A stretch of 64,000 nt of DNA from Pseudomonadota bacterium (GTDB taxonomy: Bacteria > Pseudomonadota > Alphaproteobacteria > Sphingomonadales > Sphingomonadaceae). The notes below the pieces were generated by a model. That model saw only the letters and a program-made list of their open reading frames with translations, was not told the DNA's origin and searched no databases. Each line of letters starts with the position of its first letter. The stretch's first letter is position 1. The position numbers were made by a program, and so were the translations under genes. The DNA is taken from the NCBI GenBank assembly GCA_041175505.1, contig JBEDET010000001.1, forward strand, positions 45,733 through 109,732, written 5' to 3'. This document shows, piece by piece, positions 51,024-59,540 of this stretch.

Positions 51024-51884
51024 ATGAAAAAGACTTTTCTAATTGCCCTCGCCGCCACTGCGCTCGCAGCACCCGCCTTTGCTGACCATCACAGCATGAG
51101 CAAAGCCGAGCATGACAAAATGCATAAGGAGCATACCGAACGGCTTGCAAAAATTCTCGCCGACCCGTCGCGCGGTGCCGATGCCAAGCGCGATCAATAT
51201 CGTCATCCCGCCGAAACGTTCGAATTCTTCCGTTTGCACCCTGACCACGTCATTGGCGAATATGCACCGGGCGGCGAATGGGTTTCGCGTATCCTTGGCC
51301 GCTATGTGAACGAAAAAGGAAAATATACTGGCCTGTATTTCGGCACGAAAAGCTACTTCAGCGATCAACAGAAAACCGGCATCGCCGCGAGCATTGCAAA
51401 GTTCCCTGCTGATGTCGCGGCAGTATCCGGACGTCCGGCGACAGATTTCAACGCCTTTTCGCTCAGCGAAGTTCCAGACGGCGCAAAGGGGTCGTTTGAT
51501 CGCATAATTGTGATGCGCATGCTGCATAATATGATGAACTGGAACATCGCGGACGCCGAAATCAAGGCGATGCGCGACCTGTTAAAAGATGATGGCTTGC
51601 TCGGCATCGAACAACATCGCGCCAAGGCAGATGCGCCATTCAGCTACACCAATGGTACCAAAGGCTATATGCGTGAGGCCGACATCATCAAATTCATGGA
51701 AGTGAACGGATTTGAGCTGGTCGCAAAGAGCGAAATCAACGCCAATCCAAAGGACAGTGCAAATTGGCCCGATGGTGTTTGGACGCTTCCGCCAGCATTG
51801 CGTTTGAAAGACGTCGACCGCGCAAAGTACGAAGCCATCGGTGAAACCGACCGCATGACATTGCTGTTCAAAAAACGGCCCTGA
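51024..51884 (+). CDS. Predicted secreted class I SAM-dependent methyltransferase-like protein
   Basis: Signal peptide ending APAFA, RDQYRHP.ET, EYAPGGEW, R.LHN, EQHRA and MTLLF. Confidence 0.8.
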   Translation: MKKTFLIALAATALAAPAFADHHSMSKAEHDKMHKEHTERLAKILADPSRGADAKRDQYRHPAETFEFFRLHPDHVIGEYAPGGEWVSRILGRYVNEKGKYTGLYFGTKSYFSDQQKTGIAASIAKFPADVAAVSGRPATDFNAFSLSEVPDGAKGSFDRIIVMRMLHNMMNWNIADAEIKAMRDLLKDDGLLGIEQHRAKADAPFSYTNGTKGYMREADIIKFMEVNGFELVAKSEINANPKDSANWPDGVWTLPPALRLKDVDRAKYEAIGETDRMTLLFKKRP

Positions 51885-51891
51885 TTGAAAC

Positions 51892-52242
51892 ATGACTGCA
51901 TTTGCAATCCGTGCCATCCTGTCGGGGATAATCGTTGCGCTGATTGCATTGGTCAGTCGAAAAGCACCGGCAGCGGGCGCGTTGATCGCCTCGCTGCCGT
52001 TGATTTCCGTCATCGGGATGATCTGGTTGTGGCGCGATACGACTGACCCGCTGCTTCTCGCCAATCATGCAGAGGCGACGTTCTGGTATGTGTTGCCTAG
52101 CCTGCCGATGTTCCTGTTGATGCCTTGGATTTTGCGGTCTGGGCATGGCTTTTGGGTCGCATTGGTTGCTGGGATAGCGACGACAATATTATTGTATCTG
52201 GTAACAATCGTGATTGCAGCGCGTTTCGGCGTCCGGCTATAG
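51892..52242 (+). CDS. DUF3147-family small membrane protein
   Basis: Four TM helices, GALIASLPL and FWYVLPSL. Confidence 0.75.
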   Translation: MTAFAIRAILSGIIVALIALVSRKAPAAGALIASLPLISVIGMIWLWRDTTDPLLLANHAEATFWYVLPSLPMFLLMPWILRSGHGFWVALVAGIATTILLYLVTIVIAARFGVRL

Positions 52243-52249
52243 ACGCGGT

Positions 52250-53116
52250 ATGACCCGAAATATCACCGTTGCCGCGTTGCAACTGCCCCTGTCGGCAAGC
52301 GAAGCCGAAAATATCGATGCTGTATGTGACCTCGTGTCACAGGCAGCAGAGCAAGGCGCGCATATCATCCTGCCGCCGGAACTGTTTTCAGGCCCCTATT
52401 TCTGCAAAATGCAGGAAGAAGAACATTTCGCGCTCGCGCGGCCAACGCGTGAGCATCCATCCGTTATCGCAATGGCGAAACTTGCCAAACAACTTGGCGT
52501 TGCCATTCCCACAAGCTTTTTCGAACGTGATGGCGCGCATTTTTACAACAGCGTCGCGATGATTGGTCCCGATGGCGAGATTATCGGCATCTATCGCAAA
52601 AGCCATATTCCCGACGGCCCGGGCTATCAGGAGAAATATTATTTCCGCCCTGGAAACACCGGGTTCAAAGTTTGGGAAGTCTTTGGCACGCAAATCGGCG
52701 TCGGCATCTGTTGGGACCAATGGTACCCCGAATGCGCACGGGCCATGGCATTGATGGGCGCTGAGCTGCTGTTCTATCCCACCGCCATTGGCGCAGAGCC
52801 ACAGGATGCGACGTTGGATACACGGCACATGTGGCGCCGGGCCATGGTGGGCCATGCGGTATCAAACTGCATGCCCGTCATTGCTGCAAACCGTGTCGGC
52901 GCGGAAAACGACCATGGCGGTCTGGCACAAAAATTCTACGGCACCAGCTTCATCGCTAACGAATGGGGCGATGTCGTTTGCGATTTGGATGATGCTGAAA
53001 CCGGCATATTGGTCGCAACATTCGATCTGGACCAAGCCCGCGCCCACCGCGCAAGCATGGGCTTCTTCCGCGATCGGCGCCCGCAATTATACAGCCGGCT
53101 TGCAGAGGATATCTAA
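52250..53116 (+). CDS. aguB: N-carbamoylputrescine amidase
   Basis: Nitrilase triad motifs PELF, YRKSHIPDGPGYQEKYYF and ICWDQWYPE. Confidence 0.93.
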   Translation: MTRNITVAALQLPLSASEAENIDAVCDLVSQAAEQGAHIILPPELFSGPYFCKMQEEEHFALARPTREHPSVIAMAKLAKQLGVAIPTSFFERDGAHFYNSVAMIGPDGEIIGIYRKSHIPDGPGYQEKYYFRPGNTGFKVWEVFGTQIGVGICWDQWYPECARAMALMGAELLFYPTAIGAEPQDATLDTRHMWRRAMVGHAVSNCMPVIAANRVGAENDHGGLAQKFYGTSFIANEWGDVVCDLDDAETGILVATFDLDQARAHRASMGFFRDRRPQLYSRLAEDI

Positions 53117-53117
53117 G

Positions 53118-53633
53118 CTGTCACATCTCTACCTCATCGGCATTGGCTCTAATCAGCCACATGCAATCATTGGCGCGCCAAGCAAGATCATCGTGCAAGC
53201 GGTCGCTGCGTTGGAGATGGACGATATCGACGTCTTCGCGCATTCGGCAACGATCCAATCAAGCCCCATGGGGCCCTCCTCACGCCAGTTTGCAAATGCC
53301 GCGGCGCTTGTGTCCACCGAACTTGAACCCCCTGCTCTGCTGGCGCGCCTGCAAGAGATTGAGCACCACTTCGGACGCGTTCGGCGCGGCCAAAGCTGGC
53401 GCGCGCGCGTGCTCGACCTGGATATCCTATTGTGGTCCGGCGGCGTGTGGGCGGACAGCAATCCGGCCTTGGCCATTCCCCATCCCGGCCTGCGTTCGCG
53501 GGGATTTGTCCTGACCCCTGCGACCATGATTGCCCCCGATTGGCGTGAGCCAATGACGGGCCTGACCATAAGGCAGCTACAATCGCGATTTAACCGACCA
53601 AAGGCGCTTGACCGCACAAGTTCCCGCCATTAG
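53118..53633 (+). CDS. folK: 2-amino-4-hydroxy-6-hydroxymethyldihydropteridine diphosphokinase
   Basis: IGIGSN, FANAA, R.LDLDIL, IPHP and R.FVL.P. The start is non-ATG (CTG 53118 or TTG 53100). Confidence 0.9.
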   Translation: MSHLYLIGIGSNQPHAIIGAPSKIIVQAVAALEMDDIDVFAHSATIQSSPMGPSSRQFANAAALVSTELEPPALLARLQEIEHHFGRVRRGQSWRARVLDLDILLWSGGVWADSNPALAIPHPGLRSRGFVLTPATMIAPDWREPMTGLTIRQLQSRFNRPKALDRTSSRH

Positions 53634-53673
53634 GGGGAGCGCTCTCGCACGGACCAATTCGCGGTCTGGTTGG

Positions 53674-53749
53674 GGGCCCTTAGCTCAGTCGGTAGAGCAA
53701 CTGACTTTTAATCAGTAGGTCGCTGGTTCGAACCCAGCAGGGCTCACCA
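53674..53749 (+). tRNA. tRNA-Lys(UUU)
   Basis: 76 nt; acceptor stem GGGCCCT/AGGGCTC, D-arm TAGCTCAGTCGGTAGAGC, anticodon loop CT-TTT-AA, GGTTCGAA T-loop, encoded CCA. Confidence 0.98.
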
Positions 53750-54074
53750 TATATTTCAATGACTTAATACCATCCCCTTCGGGGACATCGAAATGTAGGT
53801 CGGACTTTTGACGGACAGACCCTGTTATTGGTCTGCGGGTGTGCTGCCAACGCTTGTACCCCCACCCCCTTCAAAAACCTACCAAACGAGACCCTACCGG
53901 GGTGCCCCCCCTATTCTGGCTGATGGGACCCACAGTTCCTTCTTACATATTATTCTGCTCGGTTGATCGCACGAAAGACATGGCGATCAGCATGACATGC
54001 CGTAATCACTATATGTGTCTTGTTGTGGGCCATTTGCCGACTGTCTGGATTTGTCTATTCGGAGATAAAACCTG

Positions 54075-55457
54075 CTATCCTGCCACGGTCGCTTGGGAAA
54101 CCCAATGATTGACAAGCGTCAGGTCTTCTTCGCTCGCTTTCCAATAATGTGCAAGTTGCCCGCCATTACCAAAAAGCGCGGATGCAATATGCGCCTCGCC
54201 GGACGTTTGCCATAATGCGCTGAACGTATTGCGCATGGGGTCATCCACGATGTTTCTGTCCCCGCGAATATGCACGATCCACGCAGCGATAGCCTCGAGA
54301 ATGGCGGGGCATTGCCGCCCCTGCTTTTGATGATATGCCAATGTTTCTAACCAGCGCTGCGGTATCTTCTGGCTCCCGTCCATTGCAATTTGGATGAGCC
54401 GGTGATTGAGTGCTGGATTGGCGAAGCGTGCAATCAAGGCGTCTGCATAAGACGCAAGATTTTGTCCCGCAGCGGGTTTGAGGCTATTGGCCGCCTCATC
54501 GTGCATAAGTGTGTTCACAAGCGCCAGAATGTAGGGGTCAGCAATGGCCTGATGGACAAATGCATGGCCCCTTTGCAGCCCGATATAAGCAAGCGCTGAG
54601 TGCGCTCCATTTAGCATCCGGAGCTTGGCGGTTTCGAACGGTGCGACATCTTTTGTAAACTGCGCCCCCCCGATTTCCCATCCGGGGCGTTTGCCCACAA
54701 AATGATCCTCGATGACCCATTGGGTAAATGGCTCGGTAACGACCGCAGCCTGGTCCACGCCGCCCAAGATGGCAGCGATGGATTCACGATCGCTTTCCGT
54801 CGTCGCGGGCACGATGCGGTCAACCATTGTTGATGGACAGCTGCACTGGTCCTCAAACCAACTGACCAGATCGGGCGCGCAACGCTGCAGATAGGATCGC
54901 ATGAGTTCCGCAAGCTGCGCACCGTTCGCCGCCAGATTGTCACAACTTAGGAGCGTCAAGCCGGACAGTTTCGCCGCGCGCCTTTGCTGCATAGCAGAAG
55001 CCAAATACGCATAAGCCGATCTTTCATCTGCTTGCGCAAAATCCAAACTTCCGTCGGGCGCGCGGCAATAACCTTTTTCGGTTATCGTAAAGCTGACGAT
55101 GTGGGTGTCCTCAGACGCCAATGCGGCGACCACTGCATCTGGTTCATCGGCGGCCATCAGTACCTTTTGAACTGCGCCAATGACGCGGGTCTTGTCGCTA
55201 TTTTTGGACCGTTGGGTAACCGAATATAATCCGCCTTGCGGGTTCATCTGCTCTGCCACCGCAGCGCTGCGCAACGAAACACCAACGATGCCCCAATCAC
55301 GTTCACCGGCGTTCATGGCGTCGTCGGTGTACACCGCCTGATGCGCGCGGTGGAATGCACCGATCCCGATATGAACGATGCCAGCTTTTTGGGCGTCTCG
55401 GTCATAGTGTGGACGCGATATGTTCGCTGACAAAACAGAATTTGGGCCAAGCCTCAT
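54075..55457 (-). CDS. uxuB: Mannitol dehydrogenase family protein (fructuronate reductase UxuB-like)
   Basis: HIGIGAFHRAHQA, LSCDN, MVDRIVP and KLRMLNGAHS. ATGA overlap with uxaC. Confidence 0.85.
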   Translation of the reverse strand: MRLGPNSVLSANISRPHYDRDAQKAGIVHIGIGAFHRAHQAVYTDDAMNAGERDWGIVGVSLRSAAVAEQMNPQGGLYSVTQRSKNSDKTRVIGAVQKVLMAADEPDAVVAALASEDTHIVSFTITEKGYCRAPDGSLDFAQADERSAYAYLASAMQQRRAAKLSGLTLLSCDNLAANGAQLAELMRSYLQRCAPDLVSWFEDQCSCPSTMVDRIVPATTESDRESIAAILGGVDQAAVVTEPFTQWVIEDHFVGKRPGWEIGGAQFTKDVAPFETAKLRMLNGAHSALAYIGLQRGHAFVHQAIADPYILALVNTLMHDEAANSLKPAAGQNLASYADALIARFANPALNHRLIQIAMDGSQKIPQRWLETLAYHQKQGRQCPAILEAIAAWIVHIRGDRNIVDDPMRNTFSALWQTSGEAHIASALFGNGGQLAHYWKASEEDLTLVNHWVSQATVAG

Positions 55458-56854
55458 AATTTATAGGCCTGCTTTGCAAGATTGTAGCTGAGGTCGACGG
55501 CAAGCTCGGCGGCTTCCCATTCCTCCATCCGGTGTTCGGCGACAAGCTGCGCCAAGAAGCCGCAATCAATCCGTCGCGCTACGTCATGTCGCGCAGGTAT
55601 CGACAGAAACGCCCGCGTGTCATCGTTGAAACCGACGGTGTTATAAAATCCTGCCGTTTCAGTCATGTTTGTGCGGAACCGGCGCATGCCTTCGGGGCTA
55701 TCGTGGAACCACCAAGCCGGCCCAAGCTTGAGTGCAGGATAATGCCCCGCAAGCGGTGCCAGCTCACGGGCGTAGGTGCTTTCATCCAAGGTAAAGAGAA
55801 TGATCGTCAGGTCGGCATTGTTGCCAAATTTTGCGAGCAATGGCCGAAGCTGCTCGACATAGCCGGTATGCGTGGGAATATCCGCACCTTTATCTCTGCC
55901 AAAGCGTTCGAACAGCATTGGATTATGATTGCGGAAGGCGCCGGGGTGAATTTGCATCACCAGACCGTCATCAATGCTCATACGGGCCATCTCGGTCAAC
56001 ATTTGAGCGCGAAACAGTTCGGCATCTTGCGGCGTGACTTGGGCCAACGTCACGCGCCTGAACAGCTCTTCTGCGTCTTGTGTGCTCAAATCCGCAGTCT
56101 GGGCAGTCGGGTGCCCATGATCTGTTGAGGTTGCGCCCATGGATGCAAAAAAGGCCCGGCGCTTGCGATGTGCGTTTAGATAGCCCTGCCAATTGAAGCA
56201 ATCTTCGCCAGTCATCTGTGCGAGCACCGCAAGATTATCATGGAAACCCTCAAATTCCGGATCGACAATGGGGTCGGGGCGGTACGCCGTTATGACCCGT
56301 CCCTTCCAACCGCTATCGCGGATGGCCTGATGATGGCGTAAGTCATCCAGCGGGCTTTCGGTGGTTGCTATCACTTCGATGTTATAGCGTTCAAACAAAG
56401 CGCGGGGGCGGAATGCGTCGGTCGCCAGCGCCGCTGTGATATGATCATAATAATGATCCGACGTTTCCGCCGACAACAGCACTTCAATCCCAAAAGTGAC
56501 GCTGAATACCCAATCGAGCCACATGCGCGTCGGCGTTCCACGAAACAGATGATATCTCTCGGCAAATAATCGCCAGCTTTCGCGCGGATCAGCATCGGGA
56601 TTGCGTATGCCAAGCGCTTCAAGTGGTACGCCTTGGGAATAGAGCATACGGAACACATAATGATCCGGATGCAGCAACAGCTCGGTTGCGTTCCCGAATA
56701 GATCGTCTGTCGCCCACCACCGGGGGTCTGTATGGCCATGCGGGCTGATGATCGGCAAATCGGCGATGGCATCATAGAGCCGGCGGGAGATGATCCGAAC
56801 GTCCCGATCCGTTGGGAAAAGCCGGTCAACGTGCAGCTTCAAAACGTGCGGCAT
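55454..56854 (-). CDS. uxaC: Glucuronate/uronate isomerase
   Basis: ISPHGH, PDHY..RML, MQIHPG, WWFHD and GFNDDTRAF. Confidence 0.95.
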   Translation of the reverse strand: MPHVLKLHVDRLFPTDRDVRIISRRLYDAIADLPIISPHGHTDPRWWATDDLFGNATELLLHPDHYVFRMLYSQGVPLEALGIRNPDADPRESWRLFAERYHLFRGTPTRMWLDWVFSVTFGIEVLLSAETSDHYYDHITAALATDAFRPRALFERYNIEVIATTESPLDDLRHHQAIRDSGWKGRVITAYRPDPIVDPEFEGFHDNLAVLAQMTGEDCFNWQGYLNAHRKRRAFFASMGATSTDHGHPTAQTADLSTQDAEELFRRVTLAQVTPQDAELFRAQMLTEMARMSIDDGLVMQIHPGAFRNHNPMLFERFGRDKGADIPTHTGYVEQLRPLLAKFGNNADLTIILFTLDESTYARELAPLAGHYPALKLGPAWWFHDSPEGMRRFRTNMTETAGFYNTVGFNDDTRAFLSIPARHDVARRIDCGFLAQLVAEHRMEEWEAAELAVDLSYNLAKQAYKL

Positions 56855-56857
56855 GTT

Positions 56858-57847
56858 TTAAAATCCTTGGGTGCGGGCAAAGTTGAGGAAAAGTTCTGGC
56901 CAAATTTCGACAGGCTTGCCGATAGCCTTGCGCAGGCCAAAGCCGTGGCCACCATGCGCAAAGATATGCGTTTCCACAGTGATGTTTTTGGCGCGCAAGG
57001 CGGCCCGCAAGAGCAGCGCATTTTCGACCGGAACGGTCTCGTCATCTTCGGCATGCAGCACAAAAAATGGTGGGGCATTGTCCGGCACATTTAAGTGCGC
57101 GCTAAGTTTTTGTTCTTCTTTAGCGGGGGGTGCAGAACCCAACAGCCTTTCCCGACTTCCCGGATGGGCGTCGGGTGCGCGCATGGAAATTACCGGATAA
57201 ATGGGCGCCGCAATCGCCGGACGCGCGGACAATGTGTCGGCTTCATCAACGGGTTCATAGGTTTTGACAGCGAACCGTGTTGCAAGGTCGGCGCAGAGGT
57301 GGCCGCCTGCGGAAAAGCCCATGGCGCCAACCCTTTGCGGATCAATGCCATAAGTGGCCGCACGCGACCGGATGATGCGCATCGCTCTTTGCGCGTCCGA
57401 CAGTCCAACATTTGGTCCAGCGGCCCAGCCCTCGCCCGGTAAGCGATAGAATAAGACAAAGGCCGTATATCCCCGCGCCGCAAGCCAGCGGCCCATTTCA
57501 TAGCCTTCTTTGTCGACGACCACCCAGCGATAGCCGCCACCAGGCGAAATGAGGACCGCCGCGCCATTTGCTTGGGCCGGCCTGAACACAACCATGCGGG
57601 GGCGGCTAATTCCAAAAACGGCACGGTCGGTCAGTTGCGGATCGGTGGAACGTTCGTTGACTGTTTCCACGAGCGGTACCGCAGGCGCACCCGGCGCGCC
57701 ATCCGGCCAAAGGTCGATCGTTTCCACAGGCTGGTATAATCCCGCTGGTAACGCCGATTTCGAACCAGGAGGGGGTGTTTGCCCAAAGGCTGATCCCGCG
57801 ACGCTCGCCGCGGCCATGGCCATCAATGTACGCCGATCAAATGTCAT
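56858..57847 (-). CDS. Tat-exported alpha/beta hydrolase (carbohydrate esterase-like)
   Basis: DRRTLM Tat signal, SPGGGY, GFSAGGH, DETVP and GGHGFG. Confidence 0.88.
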   Translation of the reverse strand: MTFDRRTLMAMAAASVAGSAFGQTPPPGSKSALPAGLYQPVETIDLWPDGAPGAPAVPLVETVNERSTDPQLTDRAVFGISRPRMVVFRPAQANGAAVLISPGGGYRWVVVDKEGYEMGRWLAARGYTAFVLFYRLPGEGWAAGPNVGLSDAQRAMRIIRSRAATYGIDPQRVGAMGFSAGGHLCADLATRFAVKTYEPVDEADTLSARPAIAAPIYPVISMRAPDAHPGSRERLLGSAPPAKEEQKLSAHLNVPDNAPPFFVLHAEDDETVPVENALLLRAALRAKNITVETHIFAHGGHGFGLRKAIGKPVEIWPELFLNFARTQGF

Positions 57848-59460
57848 AACGCCTCATAAGTGAAATTGCGGAAACGCGCCTGCCCTTGCCCTGCGGCATA
57901 GAGCGCTGGACGCAAAGACAGGAAATCATAAGCGACATTATGGTGGTAACCGGACACTTCCATTTGCACATCGAACTTACGCCATGTCTGCCGGTCATCA
58001 TTGCTTGTATGGATCGTCAGGATGTTGCGATCATTGGTCAAACGGATCGACAACGTCCCAGAATTGTCCTGTGCGGAATGGGCGCCGCGTGACCTTTGCA
58101 GGCCATAACGGTGCATCATGAGCGCTCCGTTGCCGAACCCAAGCCCGGCATAGAGGCGGCGGTTATAGAATAACAGCAAGCCTGCCTCTGTGCCTTCATC
58201 AGCGTCGATATCGACCGTTACGCGATAGGCTTGGTCGCCAGCGATACAGCATAAGGGCGCACAGTCCGAAGGTGTTTTGCCTTTTGCCTCCATATATAAT
58301 GTTCCATCCACACGCTGCAGACGGGACACTTCTTTGGGTGCCGGGTCATAGAAAGCCCAGGCCGTTCCCATCCGGTCAGTCAGAAAGTCATCCGACAAGG
58401 CCATGCCATGGGGCTGCGTACCGGCCTCAATCGGTTTTCTGATTGGGCGCGACAAGTCGCCGCCCAATGGTCTGGGCCAGCCATCTTCGGCCCATTCGAC
58501 TGGCTCCAACAACGCCTGTCGGCCAAGTGTCCAATAGCCGTTTTCATAACCATGATACATCATCCACCAGCCACCATCAGGGCCTTCGAACAATGTGGCA
58601 TGGCCGCGCGACCACCATTTTTCGCGTGCGGACTGCGTGCGGATTAACGGATTGCGTGGACAATCTTCCCATGGCCCAGCGAGTGTGCGACTGCGTGCCA
58701 TGATGACCATATGCCCCGTAGGCGGACCAGCCGTTCCACCCACAGCCGTTGTCATATAATAATAGGCACCGCGCTTGACGATTTTGGGGCCTTCAGGCGC
58801 GAAGGTTTCAACGACCCAGTCTTCGGGATATCTCCACGGATCGTATACATGCTCCACCTTGCCAATGGTCGACAAGCCGTCAGCAGAAAGGCGCACACGA
58901 TCGCCGCCGGAGAGAAACATCCAGCGTTGACCTTTTTCGTCGGCAACATGGGTAGGGTCAATATGCAATGGTAAGTTCAGGTCAACCGGCTCGCTCCATG
59001 GTCCATGGATGTCGTCGGCAAATATGACATAGATCGACCTTTTTTGCGGGGTGCGCGCGGGTATGTAGCAATAATATCGGCCATTGTGCTTCGCCAGATC
59101 CGGAGCCCAAACCGAGCCGATGGGTGTCTTAAGCGCGGCGGTGACGGGCTGCCAATTCACAAGATCGCGGCTGTGCCAAATCACAATACCTGGATAGGCA
59201 TCGAAACTGGAAAAAGTCAGATAATAATCATCGCCATCGCGCAACAACGCCGGGTCCGGATGGTCGCCAGCAAATATGGGGTTGAGATAGCTGCCATTGC
59301 CAAGGTCAGCCTTGCGTTGCCCCTCAATACCTCGCGCCCATTGCATCGCAGCATGTGGGTCCAGGCTTGAGGTCGCGGCTGCGCCCTGCCCCAACGCAGG
59401 ACTGGAAATCAGGGGTAAGCTGCCGATCAGGGCAAGACTTGTCCGGCGATCACATTCCAT
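57844..59460 (-). CDS. Tat-exported GH43 glycoside hydrolase (beta-xylosidase/arabinofuranosidase-like)
   Basis: DRRTSL Tat signal, GDHPDP, HSRDLVNW, WAPD, EGP and GHA, followed by a C-terminal beta-sandwich. Confidence 0.92.
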   Translation of the reverse strand: MECDRRTSLALIGSLPLISSPALGQGAAATSSLDPHAAMQWARGIEGQRKADLGNGSYLNPIFAGDHPDPALLRDGDDYYLTFSSFDAYPGIVIWHSRDLVNWQPVTAALKTPIGSVWAPDLAKHNGRYYCYIPARTPQKRSIYVIFADDIHGPWSEPVDLNLPLHIDPTHVADEKGQRWMFLSGGDRVRLSADGLSTIGKVEHVYDPWRYPEDWVVETFAPEGPKIVKRGAYYYMTTAVGGTAGPPTGHMVIMARSRTLAGPWEDCPRNPLIRTQSAREKWWSRGHATLFEGPDGGWWMMYHGYENGYWTLGRQALLEPVEWAEDGWPRPLGGDLSRPIRKPIEAGTQPHGMALSDDFLTDRMGTAWAFYDPAPKEVSRLQRVDGTLYMEAKGKTPSDCAPLCCIAGDQAYRVTVDIDADEGTEAGLLLFYNRRLYAGLGFGNGALMMHRYGLQRSRGAHSAQDNSGTLSIRLTNDRNILTIHTSNDDRQTWRKFDVQMEVSGYHHNVAYDFLSLRPALYAAGQGQARFRNFTYEAL

Positions 59461-59476
59461 ATCCACACCCTTGCAC

Positions 59477-59512
59477 AAAAAAGGACTGGCCATTTTATCC
59501 GATGACCAGTCC
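59477..59512 (-). terminator. Intrinsic terminator between the TBDR and GH43 genes
   Basis: On -, GGACTGGTCAT/ATGGCCAGTCC forms an 11-bp stem (one G-U), followed by TTTTTT. Confidence 0.8.
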
Positions 59513-59540
59513 CATTTTTACGTTTCAGACAATCCGCAGA

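Noticed and set aside
52788-53117. 330-nt in-frame upstream extension of folK overlapping aguB
   Set aside because: The extension has no recognizable domain and lies in an alternate frame of aguB, so it is treated as a chance open frame rather than a fusion.
53839-54108. 89-aa ORF after tRNA-Lys
   Set aside because: Atypical composition, no SD and no motifs; probably non-coding.
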